Positions 9,250 to 18,260 of a DNA stretch of 64,000 nucleotides are shown piece by piece. Location of the stretch: assembly GCA_037927135.1 (NCBI GenBank), contig JAXSPP010000004.1:99710-163709 (forward strand). Reading direction: 5' to 3'. The translations under genes were made by a program, and so were the position numbers. The notes below the pieces were generated by a model. The model was not told where the DNA came from and searched no databases. It worked only from the letters and a program-made list of their open reading frames with translations. Position 1 is the first letter of the stretch. The number at the start of each line of letters is the position of its first letter. The stretch is from Candidatus Pampinifervens sinense. Lineage in GTDB: Bacteria; Aquificota; Aquificia; Aquificales; Aquificaceae.

Positions 9250-10337
9250 TCCTTTTTTTGACAGTCTTATTCTTATTGCTTATCTACATTGTCTTTTTAG
9301 AGTTATACCCTACAAAGAGGATAAAAGCCAAGAACATCAACCTTTTCCCCTCTAAGCTACCCAGCCTTTACCTCTATTCTTTTGAGATACACCTTCATAG
9401 CCAGTTCTCCTATGATTCTTTGGGAAAGCCAGAGGACATAACAGACTCTGCAAAGTTGGAGGATATAGACTATGTGATAGTCACGGACCACGACAAGGAC
9501 CACATAAAATACTTTGCGGACCACAGGCTTATAGCCGGCGTAGAAAAGAAGGTGCTAGGAGAGGATGGTAGCATACTTGGAGACCTTCTCCTCGTAGAGG
9601 ATATAAGGGTGGTGGCCCATCCCTTCAAAGAAAAGTATAGATGGAGGATGGACCTTCCAGAGGACTACCTTTTTGAGCTTATAGACCTAAAGGATGCCCT
9701 TTTTGAAAGAAAAGGTTTGGTGTTTTTCTTCCTTCCTTATATCCTAATAAGGGGCCTCTTTTCTGTAAACTGGGCCCTTGAAGCCATTAAAAAGTTAATA
9801 CCTGTGGAAAGGTATGCCCTACAGTATCTTTCTATGGGTATAGAAAACCCTATAGTGGGAGGGCTTGACCATCATGTAAAGGTGTATGTCAGAGAGGTAA
9901 AAATACGGTTCCTTTTTCCACACTATAGACACAGCTTCAGGCTCATGAGGAACTTCCTTATCTCAGAAGAAAGGGTAGAGGGTAAAGAGGATTTTCTAAA
10001 ACAGCTCAAAAATGGCCATACGGTAATATCCTTCAGCAAAAAGCCCACGCTATACTGGAAGGAAGAAGGAAGGGTTAAGATATACCCTCCTGAAAGGTGT
10101 TTGTTAATTAGGTGCAGTAAAGATGGTTCAGAAGCCTACATAGGGTCTTACTTTGAGATGGAACAGGTTGGCACAAGCCTTTTTATTGCATATACTTATA
10201 AATTCCGATGGTCAAACTTCTACTTTGGTCTAAAGCCCCTTTTTATCTTTTTATACAAGGAGGAAAAGGGTGATGATAGTGGAAGAGATGCCTTTGCCGG
10301 AGGAGATAAAGGAGAAGATTCTTCAAAAGGTTTCTAA
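9246..10337 (+). CDS. Membrane-anchored PHP-domain phosphoesterase-like protein
   Basis: N-terminal TM; HLHSQFSYD, TDH, AHP, GLDHH metal motifs. Confidence 0.7.
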   Translation: MILFLTVLFLLLIYIVFLELYPTKRIKAKNINLFPSKLPSLYLYSFEIHLHSQFSYDSLGKPEDITDSAKLEDIDYVIVTDHDKDHIKYFADHRLIAGVEKKVLGEDGSILGDLLLVEDIRVVAHPFKEKYRWRMDLPEDYLFELIDLKDALFERKGLVFFFLPYILIRGLFSVNWALEAIKKLIPVERYALQYLSMGIENPIVGGLDHHVKVYVREVKIRFLFPHYRHSFRLMRNFLISEERVEGKEDFLKQLKNGHTVISFSKKPTLYWKEEGRVKIYPPERCLLIRCSKDGSEAYIGSYFEMEQVGTSLFIAYTYKFRWSNFYFGLKPLFIFLYKEEKGDDSGRDAFAGGDKGEDSSKGF

Positions 10338-10509
10338 TAAGGCCTTAGCCCTCAAGGCCTTTGAATATATAAAGCTTGTCAGAAGGGAGGATGGAACTCT
10401 TTGGGTTAAAGAAGAGTTTGAAGACATAAACAACCATGCCCTTTGGTTTATGGTGCTTGCCTGTGTAAACTATGCTCAAAGAATATTGAGAGGAGAGGAT
10501 ATAGACTGA
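10273..10509 (+). CDS. Hypothetical protein
   Basis: Typical codon usage; stop overlaps the queD start (TGATG). Confidence 0.7.
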   Translation: MIVEEMPLPEEIKEKILQKVSNKALALKAFEYIKLVRREDGTLWVKEEFEDINNHALWFMVLACVNYAQRILRGEDID

Positions 10510-10856
10510 TGCCTTGGAATGTGATCGTCAAAAAAAAGTTTAGCTGGGCCCATTTTTTGACAGATTACCATGGTGCGCCAGAACCTGTGCATGGCCACAC
10601 ATGGATTGTAGAGGTGCATATAAGGGTGGACAAGGTGGATGCGGGTGGGATGGGTATTGACTTTTTAGAGATAGAAGAGTTTTTAAAGAAGCTCCTTCCA
10701 GACTATGTGCTTTTAAATGATATTGTGGATTTTTCTCCAAGTGCAGAAAATATGGCAAAATGGATATACGAAAGGGTAAAAGAAAGGTTCCCCACAGTCT
10801 CCAAAGTTTTAGTTTGGGAAAAGGAAGACTGTGGGGCTGAGTATTGGGAAGATTAA
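10509..10856 (+). CDS. queD: 6-carboxytetrahydropterin synthase / PTPS family
   Basis: FSWAHFL, HGHTW, SAENMA, VWE. Confidence 0.85.
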   Translation: MPWNVIVKKKFSWAHFLTDYHGAPEPVHGHTWIVEVHIRVDKVDAGGMGIDFLEIEEFLKKLLPDYVLLNDIVDFSPSAENMAKWIYERVKERFPTVSKVLVWEKEDCGAEYWED

Positions 10857-11308
10857 CAGCTTACACAGTTCTTTTCTTTTGCTTCCCTTGCCTTCTTTGC
10901 CATTTCTGGGTCATAGGCCTTGCCTTGCCAAAGCATTTGATAGACTACTTCGTAAGTGCTTTCTGCAAGCTCTGTCAGCTCTTTGAAGAGCTTTTTAAAC
11001 CCTTCGCTTTTGTGAGACTCTTCATGATCTTCCAAACTTCTCCAAAAGGTGATTATAAGCACTTCCCTATTCTTTAAAGGATGCTCTGTAGTCTGCCCTG
11101 CAGTGGAACCTTCCAAAGAAACACCGCCAGTATTGAGAGCCACAAATCCACCATAAAAGCCTGTGTCTGAGTGGTAGGTCTTTACATACTCACAAAGGTA
11201 AGCCACCTTTTCCGCCACATCGTCCAAGGTGACCCCTTCTTTTAACACCACGTAGTTTATGTTAACTATGGCATCTTCTGGCACATCCACTATATAGTTT
11301 CCATACAT
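10853..11308 (-). CDS. Single-domain sulfur oxygenase reductase-like protein (dimeric alpha/beta barrel)
   Basis: RBS AAGGAGGT; motifs NINYVVLK, YLC, GFYGG, VLIITFWRSLEDHEESH, YEVVY, C-terminal CVSC. Confidence 0.7.
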   Translation of the reverse strand: MYGNYIVDVPEDAIVNINYVVLKEGVTLDDVAEKVAYLCEYVKTYHSDTGFYGGFVALNTGGVSLEGSTAGQTTEHPLKNREVLIITFWRSLEDHEESHKSEGFKKLFKELTELAESTYEVVYQMLWQGKAYDPEMAKKAREAKEKNCVSC

Positions 11309-11322
11309 GGTAGCACCTCCTT

Positions 11323-11354
11323 TTAAGATCATTCCGATATTCTAATATACTTAA
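11323..11354 (-). promoter_or_regulatory. 32-bp promoter/operator element shared with 36530-36561
   Basis: TTAAGATCATTCCGATATTCTAATATACTTAA; 25/32 identical to the RND-operon upstream element. Confidence 0.6.
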
Positions 11355-11405
11355 AGCTTAGAAAATAAACCATGTTCTAAATCACAGAGTAAAAGAGGCC
11401 TTCAA

Positions 11406-12566
11406 TCAATAGCCCTCGTAGGCTCTCTCGTAAAGTTTGTATATATCCTCCATGGTAGGTTCTACTGGATTTATGGGAAAGAGGCCCCTTGAAAGCATGT
11501 AGGTATCCTCTGTAAGCCTCTCTATCTTTTCCCTCTCCACTCCAAGCTCCTTTAGGCTTAGCCTCAGGCCTACTTTTTCAAGGAACTTTTCAAGGGCCTT
11601 CACCGCCATATGCGGCTTTGGCTCATAGCCCATAAGCTCTGCAAAGAGGGCATATTTTTCTGGATTGCCTTTATAGTTGAAGTCTGTAACAGCTACACCA
11701 AGGGCAGCAAGGCCTTCTGCATGGGCTATGTGCGGATAGTGGGCAGATACGGGATGTTCCATGCCGTGTATAAGGGCAACCCTTTTCCTGTCTATGGCTA
11801 TGCCTGCCAGCATGGCAGCGTAGCTCATGTAGGACCTTGCCTCTAAGTTCTCCGGATCTTCTATGGCCACTGGTAGCCACCTTCTTATAATCTGTATGGC
11901 CCTTATGGCCAGTTCTTCCGCAAAGAAGTTTGAAAGCCTGTTGGTAAGGGATTCAAGGGCGTGCATGAGTGCATCTATGCCCGTTAGGGCTGTGAGCCTT
12001 CTGTCCATACTTACTGTGAGGGAAGGGTCTATTATGGCTACCCTAGGATAGTTCAAGGAGTGGGATATGACCATCTTTTCCTTTCTTATGGGGTTTGACA
12101 GGACAGAATACCTATTTACCTCGCTTCCCGTTCCGGCGGTGGTAGGAATGCATATGACAGGCCTGTTTAAAAAGGGTATGAGTCTTGGCCCTTCTGGATA
12201 GTTCACATAGTCCCACGCATAGCCTTCATTGGAGGATACTATGGATATGGCCTTGGCAGAGTCCAAGCTACTCCCACCACCGAGGCCTACAATGTAGTCT
12301 ATCTTCTCTCTTACCACCATTTCACTGGCAAGGTTTACAGCCTTGTCTGTGGGATTGGGTTCTATCTGGTCAAAGACTAAAACCTCTTCTGCGCCGTTTT
12401 TCTTTAGAGACTCTATCACCCTGTAAAGGGCACCGTTTTCCTTAGTGCTCCTTCTGCCTGTAACTACAAGCACCCTGTAGCCAAAGCGTCTTCCTACTTC
12501 ACCAACCCTATCTACGGAACCGATTCCAAAGATAACTTCTACAGGCAAATAAAAGTCAAAGTTCAT
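11406..12566 (-). CDS. Iron-containing alcohol dehydrogenase
   Basis: GGGSSLD, PTTAGTGSE, DALMHALE, HGMEH, HAEG. Confidence 0.95.
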   Translation of the reverse strand: MNFDFYLPVEVIFGIGSVDRVGEVGRRFGYRVLVVTGRRSTKENGALYRVIESLKKNGAEEVLVFDQIEPNPTDKAVNLASEMVVREKIDYIVGLGGGSSLDSAKAISIVSSNEGYAWDYVNYPEGPRLIPFLNRPVICIPTTAGTGSEVNRYSVLSNPIRKEKMVISHSLNYPRVAIIDPSLTVSMDRRLTALTGIDALMHALESLTNRLSNFFAEELAIRAIQIIRRWLPVAIEDPENLEARSYMSYAAMLAGIAIDRKRVALIHGMEHPVSAHYPHIAHAEGLAALGVAVTDFNYKGNPEKYALFAELMGYEPKPHMAVKALEKFLEKVGLRLSLKELGVEREKIERLTEDTYMLSRGLFPINPVEPTMEDIYKLYERAYEGY

Positions 12567-13006
12567 GCTTCTGTTATATCTTCTCGCTGGATTTCCACGT
12601 CCTCTGGAATGGTTGCTTCAAAGGTAAAGGCTTGGTACGTGGGCACTATACCCTCTTCTTCTGCCTTTTCTGCGCAGTGGGCATGATACCTTGTCCAAGG
12701 TATAGCCATAAGTCTTTCAATAGGGATCTCTTCTCCACAGTATTCACAGATACCGTAAGTGCCAGCTTGCATTTTGCTAAGAGCATGGTCAATTTCCTTG
12801 ATGATGAATATCTCTCTGGTGGATAGACTATCAAGGAGCTCTTGAGTGTAGGTCATTTGGCTCACATCTTCCAAGTCTCTTGGTTCCTTTACCTCTTCTT
12901 CAATGCGGGCCTGTGTGTCTTCCTTTTTCCTGTAGCGTTCAAGGAGTTTAGCCTTTTCCTCAAGGAGCTTATTTCTCAAAAGTTCAAGCTGTTCCTTGCT
13001 TAGCAT
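12563..13006 (-). CDS. dksA: DksA/TraR family protein
   Basis: RBS AAGGAGGT; coiled coil with DLED tip; TYGICEYCGEEIPIERLMAIP. Confidence 0.85.
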   Translation of the reverse strand: MLSKEQLELLRNKLLEEKAKLLERYRKKEDTQARIEEEVKEPRDLEDVSQMTYTQELLDSLSTREIFIIKEIDHALSKMQAGTYGICEYCGEEIPIERLMAIPWTRYHAHCAEKAEEEGIVPTYQAFTFEATIPEDVEIQREDITEA

Positions 13007-13061
13007 CCCTAACCTCCTTCTTCCTAGAATGTCAAAATAATATATGCTAAAATTTTCCCTA

Positions 13062-14399
13062 ATGTATTCCCTAATACACAGGTATAAGGGTATTACTGTA
13101 GCTATTATAGCTGTTGCTACAGGTGGTTTTCTCCTCTGGCTCTTCTTCACTGGAGGGCTGACAGACATCACCTCCCCATCAAAGAGATGTGTAGTGAAGG
13201 TAAACTCTGGATGTATCACGCTTAAAGATTATAGAAGGGAGATGCTTAGGTTTTCCAGTCTTCTTCAAAATCCACAAATGGAAAAGCTTGTAAGAGATCA
13301 AGTACTATCAAACCTTATAGCTCAAGAACTTCTTTATCAAAAGGCAAAGGATCTTTCCTTGATAGCCAGCGATGAAGAGGTTATAGAGGTAATAAAGTCA
13401 GACCCTACTTTTCATGAAGGTGGTCTCTTTTCTTCTTCTAAGTACAGGGAGGTTCTTTCAAGGAATGGCTTAACACCAGAGGAGTATGAGGAATATCTAA
13501 GAAGGACCCTTAGTATACAAAAGCTTTTGAGGTTTTTGACCAACGGAGTTTACATAACAGAAGAGGAGCTAAATATGAACCTCTTGGTAGATTCTGTTCT
13601 TCTGAGCGGAAGTCTCTTCCTTATTACCCCTTCGGACATAAAAGAAAAGTATGTGCCTACAGAACAGGAGCTATTGGAATACTATCAGAAGAACAAGGAA
13701 GCTTTTAAAAGGCCAGAAAGAAGGGTACTATGGATATGGAAGGAAGGAGATAAAGGAAGGGCCCTTTCCATATATAGAGAACTGAAGGATGGAAAGGAGC
13801 CTGGTGGCTACCAACAGTTCAATTTGCCGGAAGAAGAGCAAAAATTGGAAGAGGTTGTAAAGAGGGAAGCACAAAGGCTAACACCCCAAGATAGGGTCAG
13901 TATTCTTAAAGTTGAAGGAAAGGGGTATGTGGTGGTATATTTGAAAGAGGTTGTGCCAGCTGGCTATGAAGACTTTGAGAAGGTGAAGGAAAAAGTTAAA
14001 GAGAAGCTTTTGGAGGAGAAAGGTCAAGCTTTAGCTCTTGAAAAGGCAAGGGAGATAGCAAAGGCTTTAAAGGAAGGTAAAAAGGTGGAAGTGAAAGCCC
14101 TCAACTTCTCAGATACACCAACCATACAGCTGAGCGCTGTGGTAAATATAGATCAAAAGGACCTCATACGCGTAGCTATTTCCCAGGAGAGGGTTTTTGG
14201 TCCTTATTCCCTCAGGCAAGGCTATGGAGTGCTTTGGATAGAAAGGAGGTCTAAAAGAGAGGTCAAGGAGGAAGAAAAGAGAGAGATATTAAAGGATCTT
14301 TTGAGCTTAAAAACTCAAGCTTTGCTATCAAGGTACATAGAACACCTTGAAAAGAATTCAAAGATTAAGATAAACAAAGAACTTCTTGGAGGTAGCTAG
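13062..14399 (+). CDS. PpiD/SurA N-terminal-domain periplasmic chaperone
   Basis: N-terminal TM, LIAQELLYQKA, SDEEV..I...PTF..GG.FS..KY; start uncertain (13044 or 13062). Confidence 0.85.
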   Translation: MYSLIHRYKGITVAIIAVATGGFLLWLFFTGGLTDITSPSKRCVVKVNSGCITLKDYRREMLRFSSLLQNPQMEKLVRDQVLSNLIAQELLYQKAKDLSLIASDEEVIEVIKSDPTFHEGGLFSSSKYREVLSRNGLTPEEYEEYLRRTLSIQKLLRFLTNGVYITEEELNMNLLVDSVLLSGSLFLITPSDIKEKYVPTEQELLEYYQKNKEAFKRPERRVLWIWKEGDKGRALSIYRELKDGKEPGGYQQFNLPEEEQKLEEVVKREAQRLTPQDRVSILKVEGKGYVVVYLKEVVPAGYEDFEKVKEKVKEKLLEEKGQALALEKAREIAKALKEGKKVEVKALNFSDTPTIQLSAVVNIDQKDLIRVAISQERVFGPYSLRQGYGVLWIERRSKREVKEEEKREILKDLLSLKTQALLSRYIEHLEKNSKIKINKELLGGS

Positions 14400-14400
14400 G

Positions 14401-15180
14401 ATGGAAAAGAAGTGGAGAACAGCCATAACTCAGCATGTAGGTCATGAAACCTACATAAGAGGCTACAGGCTTTTGGACCTTGTAGGCAATCTAAGCTTTG
14501 CCCAGGCTATCTACCTTGTCCTTAAGGGCGAGCTTCCAAATGAAAAGGAGTCTAAGATGATGGAGGCCATATTTGTCTCCGTTATAGACCACGGCATTGC
14601 TCCACCTTCTGTGATAGCTGCTAGGGCTGTAGCTTCCGGTGGAAACTCTTTAAATGTAGGTGTAGCTGCAGGCATACTTGCCTTTGGCTCAGCCCATGGT
14701 GGAGCCTTAGAGGATGCTATGAAGTTTATTCAAGAGGGTGTGGCAAGTCAAAGGCCCGTAGCGGATATTGTTAAAGAATACCTAGAGGCGAAAAGGCCCA
14801 TACCAGGCTATGGGCACAGATATTACAAGGACTTTGATCCAAGGACAAAAAGGCTTATGGATATAGCCAAAGAACTTGGTTTTTATGGTAAACATTGTAA
14901 GTTTGCAGAGGAGGTGCAAGAGGAGATAGAAAGACAGAAGGGTAAAAGGCTTGTGCTTAACGTAGATGGAGCCATAGCGGCCATAGTTTCAGAGATGGGC
15001 TTTGACTGGAGGCTTGGAAAGGGCTTTTTCATCATAGGAAGGGTGCCAGGCCTTGTGGCCCATGTGTATGAGGAGCTAACCATGGAAAAGCCCTTCTCCA
15101 AGAGATTGGATGAGGAGACGGAGACAGAGTATATAGGCGTTCCCCCAAGGGAGTTGCCAAGCGAGTTCAAAAAGATATGA
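14401..15180 (+). CDS. ccl: Citryl-CoA lyase (reductive TCA cycle)
   Basis: WRTAIT, DHGIAPPS, HGGA, PGYGHR, DPR, LNVDGAIAA; short citrate-synthase-like fold. Confidence 0.9.
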   Translation: MEKKWRTAITQHVGHETYIRGYRLLDLVGNLSFAQAIYLVLKGELPNEKESKMMEAIFVSVIDHGIAPPSVIAARAVASGGNSLNVGVAAGILAFGSAHGGALEDAMKFIQEGVASQRPVADIVKEYLEAKRPIPGYGHRYYKDFDPRTKRLMDIAKELGFYGKHCKFAEEVQEEIERQKGKRLVLNVDGAIAAIVSEMGFDWRLGKGFFIIGRVPGLVAHVYEELTMEKPFSKRLDEETETEYIGVPPRELPSEFKKI

Positions 15181-15593
15181 GCCTTCAGGAAAGGATACTT
15201 AGGGTATATAAGTTCTTTACAGGTCTTGCCTTTAACATAGCCATAATCATCCTTCTCTTTTCCCTTTCTGTGGGTATAACAAGGACTATGCTTGAGATCG
15301 GCCTCCTCTTTACGGAAGCCACTGTGAGACTCAGCATAAAGGAGCTGGTTACAAACGTGCTTTCCATTGTTATTATTCTTGAACTCATAAGGGCCTTTGT
15401 AGATTATTTTGAACACGAAAGAGTAAGGATGGAGATACTCATTGAGGTAGCTGTAGCCTTTATGATAAGAGAGTTTATGATATACATATTTGCGGGAAAT
15501 CTGAAGGGTCTGGACGTGGTCCTTTGGATACTTGGCATATTCCTACTTGTAGGTGCAAGGACCCTAACGGTTGTATTCAAACCTACTAAGTAG
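15177..15593 (+). CDS. PsiE-family membrane protein
   Basis: Four TMs; IILELIRAFVDY, IEVAVAFMIRE. Confidence 0.8.
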   Translation: MSLQERILRVYKFFTGLAFNIAIIILLFSLSVGITRTMLEIGLLFTEATVRLSIKELVTNVLSIVIILELIRAFVDYFEHERVRMEILIEVAVAFMIREFMIYIFAGNLKGLDVVLWILGIFLLVGARTLTVVFKPTK

Positions 15594-15975
15594 TGTCTTG
15601 TTCTTCTTTGCGTAGGACCCTTTCTAATTTTAAAAGTAGCTGGAAAAGCTCTGTAGACTTATTCTTAACCATGTTTAAGATTTTTAGCTTCTCCTCTTCC
15701 GAGCTTACCCTTTCAATCTCAAAAGCAATCTCATGAAATTCACGATGGGTTTTTTCTATTTCTTCAATCAACTCCCTTATGTGTGGTGGATACTCTTCCA
15801 ATCTGGCATATACTTCTGGATAAAACCTTTTACCAAAAGAGCAATCCTTGTGCGATTTGTGTTCAAAGGGTTGGTTGTTCTTTATGCTTTTTTCAAGCTT
15901 GGATATATATGTAGCATGGCTTGCCATGATTAAGTCTATATCCTTAGCCATTAATAATAGTTCTTGCAACATCAT
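15586..15975 (-). CDS. Stand-alone CZB (chemoreceptor zinc-binding) domain protein
   Basis: SHATY, HKDCSFGK, HREFH (3His-1Cys); RBS AGGAGG. Confidence 0.85.
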   Translation of the reverse strand: MMLQELLLMAKDIDLIMASHATYISKLEKSIKNNQPFEHKSHKDCSFGKRFYPEVYARLEEYPPHIRELIEEIEKTHREFHEIAFEIERVSSEEEKLKILNMVKNKSTELFQLLLKLERVLRKEEQDTT

Positions 15976-16058
15976 ACCTTCCTCCTAAAATAAGTTTTTT
16001 TAAGATGGAAATTATTATAAAAGAAAAAACATGAAAAACAAATGAAAAACTTTTACAT

Positions 16059-16304
16059 TTATACGCCGTATATTATATCCAAAAGTTCCTTTGCCTTTTC
16101 CTTATCTATCTCCCTTAACTTTTTATAGATTTCCCTTGCCTCCTCCACCTTTCCAGCCCTGCTGTAGGCAACGCCAAGCTTAAAAAGAAGGTCTGGGTCT
16201 TCTGGCCTTTCTTGTAGTTCCTTTTTAAGGTCCTCTATGAACTTCTCAAGCAGGCCTTCGCCCATCTTGCTAAAAATTCCTTTATAACCCTTATCCATCA
16301 TCAT
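16059..16304 (-). CDS. Small TPR protein
   Basis: PEDPDLLFKLGVAYSRAGKVEEA. Confidence 0.85.
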   Translation of the reverse strand: MMMDKGYKGIFSKMGEGLLEKFIEDLKKELQERPEDPDLLFKLGVAYSRAGKVEEAREIYKKLREIDKEKAKELLDIIYGV

Positions 16305-16807
16305 TTTGCCCCGTAGAATTTATAATTTAAGCCTTTTATCCTTTCAAGGTTTTCTATAAGCAGGTCTTCCAAGTAAGGGTTATAAGATAAGACCACTACT
16401 TGGAGGCCAAAGCCACCCTCCTCCAAAATCTTCCTTGATGTCTTTAAAAATTCCCTTAGCACTTCATCCTGTTCTATCTCAAAGGGTGCGCCCAAAAAGT
16501 GATGGCTTATTCCCAAAAAGCTTCCGGGCTTTACCCTCACCGAAAGCCTTATGGGGTTTAGGTTTTCTATCAGCCTTTCCTTTTCAATTGCATACTCAAG
16601 ACCAAACATGAGCATGGCATCGGTAATAAGGTGCATGGAAGACAAAGAAACAAACTGTCTAAAACCACTTTCTTTAAAGTCCAGCTTTAGATTGTCTCTT
16701 ACCGTCTCTACCCAATGGGGGTGTGGATGTTCCAAAAGCCAAAGTATTTTCTCCGGATAAAAGCTTTGGCCCTCCTGTCTTCCCCAAAACATACTGACAA
16801 GTGGCAT
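16301..16807 (-). CDS. Hypothetical protein
   Basis: Fills the gap with typical codon usage; ATGA overlap with the TPR gene. Confidence 0.7.
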   Translation of the reverse strand: MPLVSMFWGRQEGQSFYPEKILWLLEHPHPHWVETVRDNLKLDFKESGFRQFVSLSSMHLITDAMLMFGLEYAIEKERLIENLNPIRLSVRVKPGSFLGISHHFLGAPFEIEQDEVLREFLKTSRKILEEGGFGLQVVVLSYNPYLEDLLIENLERIKGLNYKFYGAK

Positions 16808-16843
16808 TGTTATAAATATAGGCAGGGTTTATATTTTTATGCT

Positions 16844-18235
16844 ATGCTTGGCATACTAAAAAGGAAACCAGTAGATAAGCTTATAGAAGTTCTTGGAAAG
16901 GATAAGGTAAACACATCCATTGTGGAAAGAAAGCTCTACTCTTACGATGCCACACCTATACCCATAGAAAGGGCCATTCCTTCAGCGGTGGTTTTTCCAG
17001 AGAGCCATGAGGATGTGGTAAAGATTGTAAGGGTGTGCTATGAGGAAAACATTCCTATCTTTCCAAGGGGTGCTGGCTCGGGCCTGACCGGTGGAGCGGT
17101 GCCTACCTTAGAGAAGGGTATAGTGGTTTCCTTTGAGAGGATGAACAGGTTTGAAGTCAATGTGGACAATGCTACTGCAGAGGTCCAACCTGGTGTTATA
17201 ATCTCGCAGTTCCAAGAGTATGTGGAAAGGCTTGGGCTATTTTATCCGCCTGACCCTTCCTCTTTTAAATACTCTACCATTGGTGGAAACATTGCAGAAA
17301 ACGCCGGTGGCCCAAGATGTCTAAAGTATGGAGTGACCCGTGAGTATGTGCTTGGCCTTACTGCGGTCATAAAGGAAGGTCATACGCTAAAGACGGGAAA
17401 TCCCATCATAAAGGATGTGGCAGGCTATGATATAACTAAGCTATTTGTGGGATCTGAAGGTACTTTGGGCCTTATAACCTCTGCCACTCTAAAGCTTATA
17501 CCAAAGCCAAAGGCAAGGGCTACCGCATTGGCCCTCTTTAATAACCTTGAAGATGTAGGCAAGGCAGTCACTAAAATCTTTACTTCCGGTATATTCCCTT
17601 CTGCTCTGGAGTTCATGGATTCGGATGCCATAAGAGCCGTGGAAGATTACAAGCCTGTAGGCCTACCCAAAGTGGAAGCACTGTTGCTTATAGAGGTGGA
17701 TGGCTCTCCCCAAAGCGTTGTAGAGGACCTAAAACAGATAGAAGAGCTGTTAAGGCCAATGGAAGTAGAAGTTTTGGTGGCAAAAAGCAAAGAAGAGGAA
17801 GAAAAACTGTGGTCTGCTCGCAAGAGCCTTGGCCCAGCCCTTGGAAATTTGCGCACAGGCAAGATTAACGAGGATATAGTCATACCAAGGATATACCTAT
17901 CGGAGGCCATACCAGAGCTAAGGAAGATAGCTCAAAAGTATGGCCTTCTTATGGTGATATTTGGCCACATAGGAGATGGGAACTTGCATGTGAACCTGCT
18001 TTATGATAAGGCAAATAAAGAGGAAGAAGAGAGGGCAGAGAGGGCTGTGGATGAAGTCTTTGAATTGGCTTTAAGGTACAACGGTTCTATAACAGGAGAG
18101 CATGGAGTAGGACTAACGAAGAAGAAGTTTTTAAGATGGCAATTTGGAGATGTGGGCTATGAACTTCTAAAGGGCATAAAGCTCCTCTTTGATCCAAAAA
18201 ATCTGTTTAACCCCGGAAAGGTGGTGGAGGTGTAA
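16844..18235 (+). CDS. FAD-linked oxidase, GlcD/D-lactate dehydrogenase family
   Basis: RGAGSGLTGG, PPDPSS, GSEGTLG, GHIGDGNLH, GEHGVG, NPGK. Confidence 0.92.
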   Translation: MLGILKRKPVDKLIEVLGKDKVNTSIVERKLYSYDATPIPIERAIPSAVVFPESHEDVVKIVRVCYEENIPIFPRGAGSGLTGGAVPTLEKGIVVSFERMNRFEVNVDNATAEVQPGVIISQFQEYVERLGLFYPPDPSSFKYSTIGGNIAENAGGPRCLKYGVTREYVLGLTAVIKEGHTLKTGNPIIKDVAGYDITKLFVGSEGTLGLITSATLKLIPKPKARATALALFNNLEDVGKAVTKIFTSGIFPSALEFMDSDAIRAVEDYKPVGLPKVEALLLIEVDGSPQSVVEDLKQIEELLRPMEVEVLVAKSKEEEEKLWSARKSLGPALGNLRTGKINEDIVIPRIYLSEAIPELRKIAQKYGLLMVIFGHIGDGNLHVNLLYDKANKEEEERAERAVDEVFELALRYNGSITGEHGVGLTKKKFLRWQFGDVGYELLKGIKLLFDPKNLFNPGKVVEV

Positions 18236-18260
18236 ATTATAAAACTGGGGAGGTGTAAAG

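Noticed and set aside
10270-10337. 65-68 bp overlap of the PHP gene tail with the next gene as a possible frameshift
   Set aside because: Long overlaps are frequent here (6533-6585, 19098-19145) and both ORFs appear complete
11371-11386. CRP/FNR-like half-site TGTGA upstream of the mini-SOR gene
   Set aside because: Second half-site is a poor match; insufficient evidence
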